From an uncultured Rickettsia sp. (GTDB lineage Bacteria; Pseudomonadota; Alphaproteobacteria; Rickettsiales; JABSSG01), in contig CAZEVK010000001.1 of assembly GCA_964515755.1 (NCBI GenBank), positions 64,962 through 128,961 on the forward strand: DNA of 64,000 bases, given 5' to 3'. Below the pieces are notes generated by a model. That model was not told the DNA's origin and did not search any database. It saw only the letters and a program-made list of their open reading frames with translations. A program made the position numbers and the translations under genes. Shown piece by piece: positions 50,226 through 60,946 of this stretch; the stretch's first letter is position 1, and each line of letters begins with the position of its first letter.

Positions 50226-51200
50226 TCAAAGCTTCATTAGATTAATTAATTGAGCTATATCATCTGGTAAAGGAGCAGTAAATTCAAGGTTTTTTTTCGT
50301 AATAGGATGAGTAAACTTAATAAAGGTCGAGTGCAAAGCCTGTCTTTTAAAATTCTGTAAATAATCTTGTACTTCTTGACTAAAAGCTTTGGTTTTTTTA
50401 TGACGTATATTACCATATTCTTGATCACCAATTATCGGATAACCATTATGACTAAAATGCACTCTAATCTGATGAGTACGACCAGTTTCAAGGTTGCATT
50501 TAATAACAGCTACCAAACCCTTAGATAAAATCTCTAATACCTCATAATGAGTTACTGCAGTTTTACCACCAATAGCAATAACTGCCATTTTTGTGCGATC
50601 CTTATCACTGCGACTAATATTATATTTAATAGTTCCCGAGAGTGGTTTAGGCACGCCAAATGTTATAGCCGTATACTGCCTACATAATTCCCGATTTTGT
50701 ATTTGTAAGGCTAAAGAAGTATGAGTTATATCATTTTTTGCTACTACCATCACACCACTAGTATTTTTATCTAACCGATGAACAATACCAGGACGCAAAT
50801 GTTCTGCTCCAATAGTAGAAAGATTTTTTCCACAATGAGCTAATAAAGCATTAACTAAGGTATTGGAGTTATTACCTGCTCCTGGATGAGTAGTTAGGCC
50901 AGCTTGTTTATTTACCACAATCAAATCATCATCTTCATATAATATATCTAAAGGAATATCATTAGGAAATAAGTGTGAAGGAGAAGGTTCAGGTATAATA
51001 ATGTCATACACATCATGTTCTTTAACCTTGTACGCACAATCATGCACTTGACCATTTTTTGTTGTAACTGACCCACTTATAATAAGGTTTTGAATTTTAC
51101 TTCGCGAAAGATTTGGAAGTAATTCAGCCATAAACTTATCTACTCTCATATTGACATGTAGATGATCGACCGTCAGAGTATATTTCATTTGATCGTTCAT
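50226..51200 (-). CDS. rluD: 23S rRNA pseudouridine synthase, RluA family (RluD-like, S4 domain)
   Basis: HRLDKNTSGVMVVAKN catalytic motif, GRTHQIRVH, and an N-terminal S4 domain. Confidence 0.9.
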   Translation of the reverse strand: MNDQMKYTLTVDHLHVNMRVDKFMAELLPNLSRSKIQNLIISGSVTTKNGQVHDCAYKVKEHDVYDIIIPEPSPSHLFPNDIPLDILYEDDDLIVVNKQAGLTTHPGAGNNSNTLVNALLAHCGKNLSTIGAEHLRPGIVHRLDKNTSGVMVVAKNDITHTSLALQIQNRELCRQYTAITFGVPKPLSGTIKYNISRSDKDRTKMAVIAIGGKTAVTHYEVLEILSKGLVAVIKCNLETGRTHQIRVHFSHNGYPIIGDQEYGNIRHKKTKAFSQEVQDYLQNFKRQALHSTFIKFTHPITKKNLEFTAPLPDDIAQLINLMKL

Positions 51201-51274
51201 CGAAGGCCACCTATATAATTAATTGCCAAATAACAGTAATTCTTTTATCGTACTAAAAAACACTATATAACTTA

Positions 51275-52060
51275 ATGATGCTAAAACCAATCGATATTAA
51301 AATATTAAAATGGTATAAAGAAATGGGAGTAGATGAAATCCATTCAAATAAGACTCGTAACTATGGTAAGAAAGAAAAAGTGTCTATACAAATAGAGAAA
51401 GCTCCAGAGCTAGAAATTGTAGTAAAAAAATACACCCCACCTAAAGAAGCAGCCTTGTTAGCGCGTAAACTTGCTGATCAATGCCAAACAATTGAACAAT
51501 TATATGAAATAGTAACTAACTTTGAAGGATGCTTGTTAAAGAAAACAGCAACCAATACAGTTTTTGCTGATGGTAATCCAAATTCTGAGATTATACTAAT
51601 CGGAGAAGCACCAGGAGCAAATGAAGACCTGAAAGGAATTCCATTTTGTGGTGATAGTGGAAAATTATTAGATAATATTATAAAGTCAGTAGGACTAGAT
51701 CGTACCAACACCTATATTACCAACACTATTTTCTGGAGACCTCCAGGAAATAGACGCCCTAGCGAAGAAGAAGTTGAAATTTGTTTGCCATTTGTAGAAA
51801 AACATATTGCATTGATAAATCCAAAATTAATAGTTTTGGTGGGCGGCACTGCTTCTTTTGCATTATTTGGAGACCTAGGCCCGATCACTAAACAAAGACA
51901 AAAAATATTGCAATATACTAACCAATATCTAGAAAAACCAATTGCTTCGACAGTAATTTTTCATCCATCTTATTTACTACGACAACCTTCGCAAAAAAAG
52001 CTTGCTTGGTATGATATGCTAAAAATCAAGAAATTTTTAGAAACTAATAATACTCAATAG
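51275..52060 (+). CDS. Family-4 uracil-DNA glycosylase with N-terminal extension
   Basis: GEAPGANEDLKGIPFCGDSGKLL and HPS motifs. Confidence 0.85.
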   Translation: MMLKPIDIKILKWYKEMGVDEIHSNKTRNYGKKEKVSIQIEKAPELEIVVKKYTPPKEAALLARKLADQCQTIEQLYEIVTNFEGCLLKKTATNTVFADGNPNSEIILIGEAPGANEDLKGIPFCGDSGKLLDNIIKSVGLDRTNTYITNTIFWRPPGNRRPSEEEVEICLPFVEKHIALINPKLIVLVGGTASFALFGDLGPITKQRQKILQYTNQYLEKPIASTVIFHPSYLLRQPSQKKLAWYDMLKIKKFLETNNTQ

Positions 52061-52084
52061 AGTATTAAACACACTGTAACTTTA

Positions 52085-52515
52085 TCAATTACTTTTAATT
52101 ATCTCAAGTAGTTTTTTAAGTCGCCAGTCAAATTCAGAATGATAATTTCTAACAAATAAACTATCTTTTTCTAATTCATGGTCGGAAGGATTCATAAATT
52201 CATATCTATGAAACCCATATAAATTTTCTCCTACCTTTTCAGTCCAAACACTAACATCATGCTCCAATCATCATCTTCAAGAATATGATAACGATCTTTT
52301 CTATGGGAAAGACTCTCACCATCACGATATAAATTCCACAATATATTAGAATTAAATTTTGAATCTTTAATCTCACTACTAAAGCTATTATGTTCTAGAA
52401 AACCCTTTATTTTATTTTCTTCAACAAGAAATGAGGCAGCACTTAGAAAAAATCTTTGAAGCCCTAATGGTAATTTTGCAATTATTCTTTTAATAACGCT
52501 TAATATACGTAACAT
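52085..52515 (-). pseudogene. Hypothetical gene split by a frameshift into two overlapping ORFs
   Basis: ORF 52515..52231 (..RYHILEDDDWSMMLVFGLKR*) and ORF 52267..52085 (TTG-initiated, EHDVSVWTEKVGENLYGF..) overlap by 37 nt in different frames. A 1-nt shift near 52262-52268 would give one product of about 145 aa. Confidence 0.45.
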
Positions 52516-52536
52516 ACAGATATTAATTAAATAAAC

Positions 52537-55194
52537 TTAACTAAATTTAAGCTTTGCCTGTGCTGCAGAAAGCCTTGCTATCGGCACACGATATGGAGAG
52601 CAAGAAACATAGTTTAAGCCAGTTTTATGGAAAAATAAAATTGACTCAGGATTACCACCATGTTCACCGCAAACACCAATTTTCAAACCAGGCTTAGTTT
52701 TACGAGCACGTTCAACAGAGATAGTAATTAGTTCACCAACACCATCTTCATCTAATCTTACGAACGGATCATGCTCAAGAATCATACGCTCTTTATACGT
52801 TGGAATGAATGACCCGGCATCATCTCGTGAAATTCCAAAAGTGGTTTGAGATAAATCATTAGTTCCATAGCTCATGAAATCAGCAAACTGAGCAATCTCA
52901 CCGGCGCGTAATGCCGCACGCGGTAACTCAATCATCGTACCAATTTGATACTCTAATTTAAAATTAAATTGTAGATCCACCTCTTTTGCAACATTAACTA
53001 TTAAATCACGCAAAAACTCCAATTCTTTGCTAGTCGCAATTAGCGGAATCATGATTTCTATAGATAGTTTAAAGTCACTATTTTTTTGTACTTCAACCAT
53101 TGCTTCAAAAATTGCTCGAGCTTGCATTTTGTAAATCTCCGGAAAAGTTATGCCTAAGCGACAACCACGATGACCAAGCATTGGATTACTTTCTGATAGT
53201 TGACGACAACGACTCTCAACAAAAGCATGATCAAGATTTGTTGCATCTGCTACTTGTTTCATTTCCACATCAGTATGAGGTAGAAATTCATGCAAAGGCG
53301 GATCAAGAAGCCTAATATTAATTGGCCTAGCATGCATTAAATTAAAAATATCAATAAAATCTTGTTTTTGCATCGGTAAAATTTCTGCTAACGCAGCTTC
53401 ACGGTCTTTAACGGTATCAGAAAGAATCATTTTGCGTACAGACATAATACGATCGGTTTCAAAAAACATATGTTCTGTTCTGCAAAGACCAATTCCCTCT
53501 GCTCCAAAACTTAGAGCAGTTTTAACATCAATAGAAGTTTCGGCATTAGTTCTGATTTGCAATGTTTTAATCTCATCAGCCCATTCCATTATTTGCCTAA
53601 AACTTCCAGAAATATCTGGCTGCACTGTTTTCACAGCGCCAATTATAACCTCTCCACTTGTACCGTTTATAGTAATTTTTTCGCCTTCTTTGATCGTATG
53701 TCCAGAAACAGTAATTTGTTTATTTTTGTAATCCACAGACATACTGCTTGCACCACAAATACAAGGTCTGCCCATACCTCGTGCTACCACTGCTGCATGT
53801 GAAGTCATTCCACCACGACTGGTTAAAATACCTTCAGCTGCATACATACCATGAATATCTTCAGGACTAGTTTCCGTACGTACCAAAATTACCTTATCCC
53901 CCAAAGATTTTCTTCTTTCAGCTTCATCAGCAGAGAATACTATAACACCTGATGCAGCGCCAGGTGAAGCCGGTAAACCTTTACATAAAGTTTGATATTT
54001 AACCTTAGAATCGATAGTAGGATGAAGCAATTGGTCCAAAGATTCAGGCTTAATTCTTGCTATAGCTTCTTCTTTAGTGATTAAACCTTCACTCACTAAA
54101 TTAACCGCAATTTTTAAAGCACTACTAGCCGTCCGTTTACCTGATCTAGTTTGTAAAATCCATAATTTACCCTCTTGAATCGTGAATTCAATATCTTGCA
54201 TATCGCGATAGTGAGTCTCTAGTTTATTGATAACTTTTACAAACTCATCATATAATTTTGGCATTGATTCTTGCATAGTTGGCAAATCAGCATCAGGATT
54301 TTTACCATCAATCATAATAGATTGTGGTGTACGAATCCCTGCTACGACATCTTCACCTTGAGCATTAATTAAATACTCACCGTATAATTTTTTTTCTCCG
54401 GTTGATGGATTGCGCGTGAATGCTACTCCAGTAGCACTGTTAGTATCAATATTACCAAATACCATTGATTGAATATTAACGGCTGTGCCCCAACTTTCCG
54501 GAATATTGTGTAATTTACGATAAGTTATCGCTCTTTGACACATCCATGACCCAAAAACCGCATGAATCGCACCCCATAATTGGTCATTCACATCTTGCGG
54601 AAAATCCTTACCATGTTCTTGCTTAACCATTGCCATAAATTGAGTAACCAAATCTTTTAAATCATCAACTGTTAAATCAACATCCAACGTAATATCAAGA
54701 TCTTGTTTTTTTAGATCAATTAACTCTTCAAATAAATAATGATCAACGCCAAGTACCACATCTGAGTACATTTGAATAAAGCGACGATAGCTATCATATG
54801 CAAAACGTTCATTTTTATGTTTTTTTGCAAGCCCTATCACTGTCTCATCATTTAAGCCAAGATTAAGTACGGTATCCATCATTCCAGGCATAGACTCTTT
54901 TGACCCGGAACGAACTGAAACTAATAACGGATTTGTTACATCTCCAAATTTCCTACCTAAAGCTTCTTCTATTTTTTGCATTGCAGAATTAACTTCTGCT
55001 TTTAATTCATTAGGAAGTTGTTTGTTATTTTCATAGTAATAATTACACAAGCTAGTTGGAATAGTAAATCCTGGAGGTACAGGTAAACCTAAATTACACA
55101 TCTCAGCAAGATTTGCGCCCTTACCTCCTAATATATCTTTCATTAATGAATTACCATCAGCATGACCATTGCCGAAATTATAAATCCACTTCAT
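52537..55194 (-). CDS. ppdK: Pyruvate, phosphate dikinase
   Basis: MKWIYNFG..LLGGKGANLAEM N-terminus, phospho-His motif GGMTSHAAVVARG, and C-terminal CGEHGG. Start placed at MKWIY; the track ORF extends to 55233. Confidence 0.95.
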   Translation of the reverse strand: MKWIYNFGNGHADGNSLMKDILGGKGANLAEMCNLGLPVPPGFTIPTSLCNYYYENNKQLPNELKAEVNSAMQKIEEALGRKFGDVTNPLLVSVRSGSKESMPGMMDTVLNLGLNDETVIGLAKKHKNERFAYDSYRRFIQMYSDVVLGVDHYLFEELIDLKKQDLDITLDVDLTVDDLKDLVTQFMAMVKQEHGKDFPQDVNDQLWGAIHAVFGSWMCQRAITYRKLHNIPESWGTAVNIQSMVFGNIDTNSATGVAFTRNPSTGEKKLYGEYLINAQGEDVVAGIRTPQSIMIDGKNPDADLPTMQESMPKLYDEFVKVINKLETHYRDMQDIEFTIQEGKLWILQTRSGKRTASSALKIAVNLVSEGLITKEEAIARIKPESLDQLLHPTIDSKVKYQTLCKGLPASPGAASGVIVFSADEAERRKSLGDKVILVRTETSPEDIHGMYAAEGILTSRGGMTSHAAVVARGMGRPCICGASSMSVDYKNKQITVSGHTIKEGEKITINGTSGEVIIGAVKTVQPDISGSFRQIMEWADEIKTLQIRTNAETSIDVKTALSFGAEGIGLCRTEHMFFETDRIMSVRKMILSDTVKDREAALAEILPMQKQDFIDIFNLMHARPINIRLLDPPLHEFLPHTDVEMKQVADATNLDHAFVESRCRQLSESNPMLGHRGCRLGITFPEIYKMQARAIFEAMVEVQKNSDFKLSIEIMIPLIATSKELEFLRDLIVNVAKEVDLQFNFKLEYQIGTMIELPRAALRAGEIAQFADFMSYGTNDLSQTTFGISRDDAGSFIPTYKERMILEHDPFVRLDEDGVGELITISVERARKTKPGLKIGVCGEHGGNPESILFFHKTGLNYVSCSPYRVPIARLSAAQAKLKFS

Positions 55195-55222
55195 TTTGCT
55201 ATTCATATAATTTTTACTCAAA

Positions 55223-57247
55223 TTAAAATTCAATCATCGAAAAATCTATTCCCAATTCATTCACAGAAGTTTGTATACTTCGTAATAAATTTATACGATT
55301 AATTTTTATGTTTTCATCATTATCCATTACTGTAACTTTATCACAAAAATAATTCACTGGTTCAACAAGCATATTTAGCATAGAAAATTGACTAACTATA
55401 TCTACTTTTTTCAATTCATTCGAAACTTGATCAATGACCGCATATAATTTCTTTTCTAAGTCATCAGAAAATAATTTTTGATTAACTTTTAAATCTGACT
55501 TAGCATAAGCTGGCGGTATAAAATTTGCTATTCTACGTAATATAGTAAGTACTTCCTTACCATTGTTGCTGTTATAAAAATCCTTTAAAGCAACTATTTT
55601 TTGATAAGAAGAATATATATTACCATTTGGCGCAACTGCATTGATAAGATCATACCTAAATTTATCTTTGAGCAAATACTTAAACCTTTCGTGAAAAAAG
55701 AAAATTACTTTTTGGATTAAACCAGTAATTTTATCTGAATCCTCATAAGATTTTAAAGCATATTCAACTAAATCGTATAATTCCAAATCCAATTTATGCT
55801 CTATCATTATTCTTATAATTCCAAGAGCACTTCTTCTCAATCCGTATGGATCCTTAGAGCTTGTTGGAGCCTCATCTATAAAAAATAATCCAACAATTGA
55901 ATCAAGCTTATCAGCTATTGAAACAATTGCTCCTTCTATAAATTTTGGGCAATAATCAGATTTTCCTGCCGGTAGGTAATGCTCAGATATTGCATTAGCA
56001 ACACGCGTATCTTCACCATCATTTAATGCATAATATTGACCTATTGTTCCTTGCAATTCCGGAAATTCTTTAACTAAATTACTAGTTAAATCAGCTTTAC
56101 TGAGACGTGCTGATCGCTCAAGAATGTTAATATCTAAATTGAGAATTTTTGCAATCTCTTTTGATAAATTTATAATCCTATTTGTTTTATCAAAAAGGCT
56201 TCCAAGCTCATCATGAAATACTACTTTTTTTAAATCATCAACACGTGAATCTAGTGTATTTTTTTTATCTTGATCATAAAAAAACTTAGCGTCATAAAGT
56301 CTTGCTCTAAGAACTTTCTCATTGCCTGAAATAATTTGCTGAGGATCTTTACCAACTATATTAGAAACCATGATAAAAAATGGAGCAAAACTGTTATTAT
56401 TTGAAAGCAAGGCAAAATATTTCTGATGAGTTTTCATAGTAGCTATCAGTACTTCTTTTGGAACTTCCATAAACTCATTATCAATCTTACCAAGTAAACA
56501 TATCGGATACTCAACTAAACCTACAATCTCATCTATTAAATTTTCATCCATTAGTAATCTAAGATTCAAATCATCTGCAAGTTTATTTGCTTCAAATAAA
56601 ACCATTCCTCTGCGCTCTTTATGATCAAGAATCACATTATGAGCTGCAAGATGCATTGTGTAATCAGTAAAATCTTTAACTGCAAAATTATATCCAGCCA
56701 TAAAACGATGTCCGGAAGACACGTTATTCGCCATAAGCTTACCAAAACTTATCGGTAATATAGCACCATCAAGAACACATAAAATATTACGAATAGGTCT
56801 AACCCATTTAACATTAGTTTCATCCCAACGCATTGTTTTCGGCCAAGGAAAATTATGCAGTATATAATTTATAACTTGCGTAACACTTTCCTGAATATTT
56901 TGTATCGCAACTGTAATATTAGCAAAATAAAATTGCTGACCTTTAATTTCTTTAATATATAAGTCTTTTTTGGTAATATTATTAGTTTTTAAAAACCCAA
57001 CAATTGCTTCAGCAGGAGCATCAGTTCTTGGTCCTTTTTTTTCAAGAGCCTCATTAGTAGTAATTTTTTCAATAGCATCTACAACTAAAACTAACCTTCT
57101 AGGTGCAACATAGCAATTAACTTGTTTGTAACTTATTCCAGATTTTTTTGCCTGCTCATCAAATAAGTTACTGAGATTAATCACAGCTTGATTTTGCATT
57201 CTTGCCGGCATTTCTTCGCTAAAAATTTCTAGTAATAATTCAGCCAT
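55223..57247 (-). CDS. glyS: Glycine--tRNA ligase beta subunit
   Basis: MAELLLEIFSEEMPARMQ N-terminus, 674 aa, directly downstream of glyQ. Confidence 0.95.
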   Translation of the reverse strand: MAELLLEIFSEEMPARMQNQAVINLSNLFDEQAKKSGISYKQVNCYVAPRRLVLVVDAIEKITTNEALEKKGPRTDAPAEAIVGFLKTNNITKKDLYIKEIKGQQFYFANITVAIQNIQESVTQVINYILHNFPWPKTMRWDETNVKWVRPIRNILCVLDGAILPISFGKLMANNVSSGHRFMAGYNFAVKDFTDYTMHLAAHNVILDHKERRGMVLFEANKLADDLNLRLLMDENLIDEIVGLVEYPICLLGKIDNEFMEVPKEVLIATMKTHQKYFALLSNNNSFAPFFIMVSNIVGKDPQQIISGNEKVLRARLYDAKFFYDQDKKNTLDSRVDDLKKVVFHDELGSLFDKTNRIINLSKEIAKILNLDINILERSARLSKADLTSNLVKEFPELQGTIGQYYALNDGEDTRVANAISEHYLPAGKSDYCPKFIEGAIVSIADKLDSIVGLFFIDEAPTSSKDPYGLRRSALGIIRIMIEHKLDLELYDLVEYALKSYEDSDKITGLIQKVIFFFHERFKYLLKDKFRYDLINAVAPNGNIYSSYQKIVALKDFYNSNNGKEVLTILRRIANFIPPAYAKSDLKVNQKLFSDDLEKKLYAVIDQVSNELKKVDIVSQFSMLNMLVEPVNYFCDKVTVMDNDENIKINRINLLRSIQTSVNELGIDFSMIEF

Positions 57248-57258
57248 TTTATTTACTC

Positions 57259-58131
57259 CTATACTGAATTATTTATCCAAGATTCACAGCATTTTTTAGC
57301 CATTCCTCTAACTCTAGCAATGTAAGATGCTCTCTCCGTAACACTAATAACACCTCTAGCATCAAGTATATTAAATAAATTACTAGCTTTAATACATTGA
57401 TCATATGCAGGCAACGTAAGATTATGGCTTAATAAAACCTCGCACTCTTGCTCGGCATCATGAAAATGCTCTTGTAATTTTTTAACATTTGCATATTCCA
57501 TAACATATGCAGAAAATTGCTTCTCACCAACTTTGAAAACATCACCGTAGGAAATACGTTCTTGAACGTCTTTATAATCATTATAATCCAAATCATAAAC
57601 ATTTTCTTTGTTTTGAATATATAAAGCTAATCTTTCTAACCCATAAGTAATCTCGCCAGAAACAGGATTACATTCAATACCACCCATCTGCTGCATATAT
57701 GTAAATTGGCTTATTTCCATACCATCACACCAAACTTCCCAACCAAGACCAGATGCACCAAGAGTTGGACTTTCCCAATCATCTTCAACAAATCTGATAT
57801 CATGTTCGCTTGAGTCAATACCAATTTCTTTTAAACTATCTAAATAAATTTCCTGAATATTACTAGGAGATGGTTTTAAGATAACTTGAAATTGATGGAA
57901 TTTCTGTAGTCTATTAGGATGTACACCATATCTACTATCTGCAGGACGCCTAGAAGGTTGCACGTAAGCAGCTCTCCATGGTTTATCACCTAAACAATAT
58001 AACGCAGTTGCTGTATGAAAAGTTCCTGCACCCATTTCTAAATCATAGGGCTGGATAATCGCACAACTATGCTTATGCCAAAATGCCTCAAGAGCGATTA
58101 TTATTCCCTGGAAAGACTTGCTTTGAATCAT
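57259..58131 (-). CDS. glyQ: Glycine--tRNA ligase alpha subunit
   Basis: [34 protein letters not shown] motifs, 290 aa. Confidence 0.95.
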   Translation of the reverse strand: MIQSKSFQGIIIALEAFWHKHSCAIIQPYDLEMGAGTFHTATALYCLGDKPWRAAYVQPSRRPADSRYGVHPNRLQKFHQFQVILKPSPSNIQEIYLDSLKEIGIDSSEHDIRFVEDDWESPTLGASGLGWEVWCDGMEISQFTYMQQMGGIECNPVSGEITYGLERLALYIQNKENVYDLDYNDYKDVQERISYGDVFKVGEKQFSAYVMEYANVKKLQEHFHDAEQECEVLLSHNLTLPAYDQCIKASNLFNILDARGVISVTERASYIARVRGMAKKCCESWINNSV

Positions 58132-58165
58132 AGCACTACAAGATTTTGAAAGTTACAAGCTCAAA

Positions 58166-58732
58166 CTAAATATGCATAATTTCTTTTTCACGCTCAGCTA
58201 AGGCTTGATCAACCTTTTTAATATAATCATCAGTTAACTTTTGTACTTCATCTACTTCTTTATGAATGTCATCCTGCGAAATGCCCTGGTCTTTTTCCAT
58301 TTTCTTAATTAGATCAACACCATCTCTACGTATGTTTCTAACAGCGATTCTAGCATTTTCAGCAAATTTATGTGCAACTTTAACCATTTCTTTGCGACGC
58401 TCTTCATTAAGCTGAGGTATTGGTACTCTAATTAATTGCCCATCTGCAGAAGCAGTAACACCTAAATCAGCAGCATTGATAGCTTTTTCAATAGCTTTGA
58501 CTGTAGTTGCATCCCATACTTGTACAGATAATAATTTAGGATCCTGTACGGTAATATTAGCCAATTGATTAATAGGAAGCTTATCTCCATAAGCTTCAAC
58601 CATAACTGAATCTAACAAATTAGGAGAAGCCCGTCCAGTTCTTAAACTTTTTAAATCATGATGCAGAGACTTAATCGCCCCTTCCATCCTTTTAACCAAA
58701 TCATCTTTCATATTTTGCATAATATTATACAT
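58166..58732 (-). CDS. frr: Ribosome recycling factor
   Basis: LRTGRASPNLLD..V.AYG and VRNIRRD motifs, 188 aa. Confidence 0.95.
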   Translation of the reverse strand: MYNIMQNMKDDLVKRMEGAIKSLHHDLKSLRTGRASPNLLDSVMVEAYGDKLPINQLANITVQDPKLLSVQVWDATTVKAIEKAINAADLGVTASADGQLIRVPIPQLNEERRKEMVKVAHKFAENARIAVRNIRRDGVDLIKKMEKDQGISQDDIHKEVDEVQKLTDDYIKKVDQALAEREKEIMHI

Positions 58733-58876
58733 TTTTATAGTTATAAAATAACGCTTATTTTTGTACTTTTTCTAATTCTTCTTAAGTTAAATAGTTAAAA
58801 AACGACAAGAATTTCTCTCGCAAAGATACAAGGAAATACCAATAACTGCAAGCATCTATATAAATTTAGAAATTTA

Positions 58877-59806
58877 TTACTTGGTGCCTATAACAGCAGC
58901 AACTTCGCTAGCAAAATCCTTCTCTTCTTGCTCAATGCCTTGACCCAATTCAAAAGATACAAAATCAGTAACTTTTAAAGTACCTTTATGTTCTTTAGCA
59001 AAATTGTCTAATATATCTTGTACCCGGGATTTACCATCCATAATAAAAAGTTGTTCAAGCAAAACAACTTCTTGATAAAATTTTTTGATACGCCCTTCAA
59101 TCATTTTATCAATAATTTCTTGCTGCTTACCAGAATTCTTAGCTTGTTCTGAAAAAATATCTTTTTCTCGTTGTAAATCTTTGCTATTAACTTGATCTAT
59201 TGTCAATGAAATAGGCTTAGAGGCAGCAATATGCATAGCTATCTGTTTACCTAAAGGTTGAATAATATCAGGAGAAATATCTGACTCTAAAGCAACTAGA
59301 ACAGCAATTTTACCCATATCAGCTGCAACATGATTATGCACATAACTAGCAACAACACCTTTATTAACAGAAATACGTGACATCCTACGTAAATTAAGGT
59401 TTTCACCAATCACAGCAATATTCTCTATTACTTCTTCACTAATACTACGCCCTGTATCTAGTTTAATTTCTTTTAAAGCTTCTAAAGAGTCAACAGTTAA
59501 TGCTTTTTTAGCTATTTCACCAACTAATTTTTGGAATTTGTCATTACGTGCAACAAAATCAGTCTCCGAATTAAGCTCTATTACCGCACCAACAGTTTTA
59601 TCTTGATTTGTAGCAACTGCTACTAAGCCTTCTGCAGCAACACGTGAAGCTTTTTTACCAGCAGCAGCATGACCTTTCTTCCTTAACCAATCAATCGCTG
59701 CTTCAATGTCACCACCTACTTCAGCTAACGCTTTTTTACAATCCATCATACCAGCACCTGTGGTATCGCGTAATTTTTTTACTAATACGGCTGAAATTTC
59801 ACTCAT
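58877..59806 (-). CDS. tsf: Translation elongation factor Ts
   Basis: LRDTTGAGMMDCKKAL UBA-like N-terminus, 309 aa. Confidence 0.95.
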   Translation of the reverse strand: MSEISAVLVKKLRDTTGAGMMDCKKALAEVGGDIEAAIDWLRKKGHAAAGKKASRVAAEGLVAVATNQDKTVGAVIELNSETDFVARNDKFQKLVGEIAKKALTVDSLEALKEIKLDTGRSISEEVIENIAVIGENLNLRRMSRISVNKGVVASYVHNHVAADMGKIAVLVALESDISPDIIQPLGKQIAMHIAASKPISLTIDQVNSKDLQREKDIFSEQAKNSGKQQEIIDKMIEGRIKKFYQEVVLLEQLFIMDGKSRVQDILDNFAKEHKGTLKVTDFVSFELGQGIEQEEKDFASEVAAVIGTK

Positions 59807-59830
59807 ATCAATTACCTATATTTTAACAAA

Positions 59831-60946
59831 TTAAACTGTTTTTTTCTTTTTTCCTGCTGCAACAGATTTTTCTTCTGACTTTTCAGCAACTTTTTTTACT
59901 GCTGGAGCTTTTTTAGCAGCAACTTTAGACTTTTTCTCATCAATTTTTTCAGCTAAATCCTCAACTTTTATTTTTGTAGATAGCTTTTTAACTTCAGGAG
60001 TTTTTTCATTATTAATAGAAACTATTGCTGGAGCTGTAATTACTTCTTCATCATCAGAAATTTTTAGATCTTGTTTTTCAGCAAAATATCTAGCCTCCGA
60101 AACAGCTTCCGCTTTTGTAAGCACTGAAACAGATTTTTTATTTTTAGTTTCTGGTTTTTTGGTAAAGTTAATTTCTTCAAATACTTCTTCTTGATTTGAA
60201 GATCTATTTATTCCTTTTCGAATATCAACACCAGAAGAAATCAAAGAATGCTCAATGCCTGATAACGCCGCATCAGAAATCATTTGGCAATAAAATGTAA
60301 TTGATCTAGTAGCATCATCATTTCCAGGAATAATATAATCTATATTATGTGGATAAGAATTTGAGTCAACAACAGCTATAATAGGAATACCAAGCTTTTG
60401 TGATTCAGAAATTGCTAAACTTTCTTTATTAGTATCAATAACAAAAACCAAGTCTGGTCTACCGTTCATTTCTCTAATACCACCTAAAGAATCTTCTAGT
60501 TTCTGACATTTTCTTTGCATATCAAGTAATTCTTTTTTACTTAACTTTATTCCCTCTCCACTTTCGGAGCCAGCAATTGTTTTTTCTAAATTATAGAGAG
60601 TCTTAATAGAACGAGAAACTGTTTTCCAGTTAGTTAATGTACCACCTAACCATCTTTTATCTACGTAAAACTGACCGCATCTTTTTGCTGCTTCTTTAAT
60701 ATGTTCAGAAGCTTGACGCTTTGTGCCAACAAATAAAATTTTACCATTTCTCTTTGCAACATCCTGAACTACCTGTAAAGCACGATATAAAAAACTCGCA
60801 GTTTGTTGTAAATCAATAATATGAACCCCATCTTTAGTACCGTAGATGTAAGGAGCCATTTCAGGATTCCAACGCATTGCTTTATGTCCATAATGAACAC
60901 CACAATCGATCATTTCTTTAATGGTAAAAGTAGGAAGTGCAGTCAT
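59831..60946 (-). CDS. rpsB: 30S ribosomal protein S2 with a long Lys/Ala/Glu-rich C-terminal extension
   Basis: Canonical S2 core (GVHYGHKAMRWNPEMAPYIYG..) of about 250 aa, followed by a low-complexity tail of about 110 aa ending AAKKAPAVKKVAEKSEEKSVAAGKKKKTV. Confidence 0.95.
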   Translation of the reverse strand: MTALPTFTIKEMIDCGVHYGHKAMRWNPEMAPYIYGTKDGVHIIDLQQTASFLYRALQVVQDVAKRNGKILFVGTKRQASEHIKEAAKRCGQFYVDKRWLGGTLTNWKTVSRSIKTLYNLEKTIAGSESGEGIKLSKKELLDMQRKCQKLEDSLGGIREMNGRPDLVFVIDTNKESLAISESQKLGIPIIAVVDSNSYPHNIDYIIPGNDDATRSITFYCQMISDAALSGIEHSLISSGVDIRKGINRSSNQEEVFEEINFTKKPETKNKKSVSVLTKAEAVSEARYFAEKQDLKISDDEEVITAPAIVSINNEKTPEVKKLSTKIKVEDLAEKIDEKKSKVAAKKAPAVKKVAEKSEEKSVAAGKKKKTV

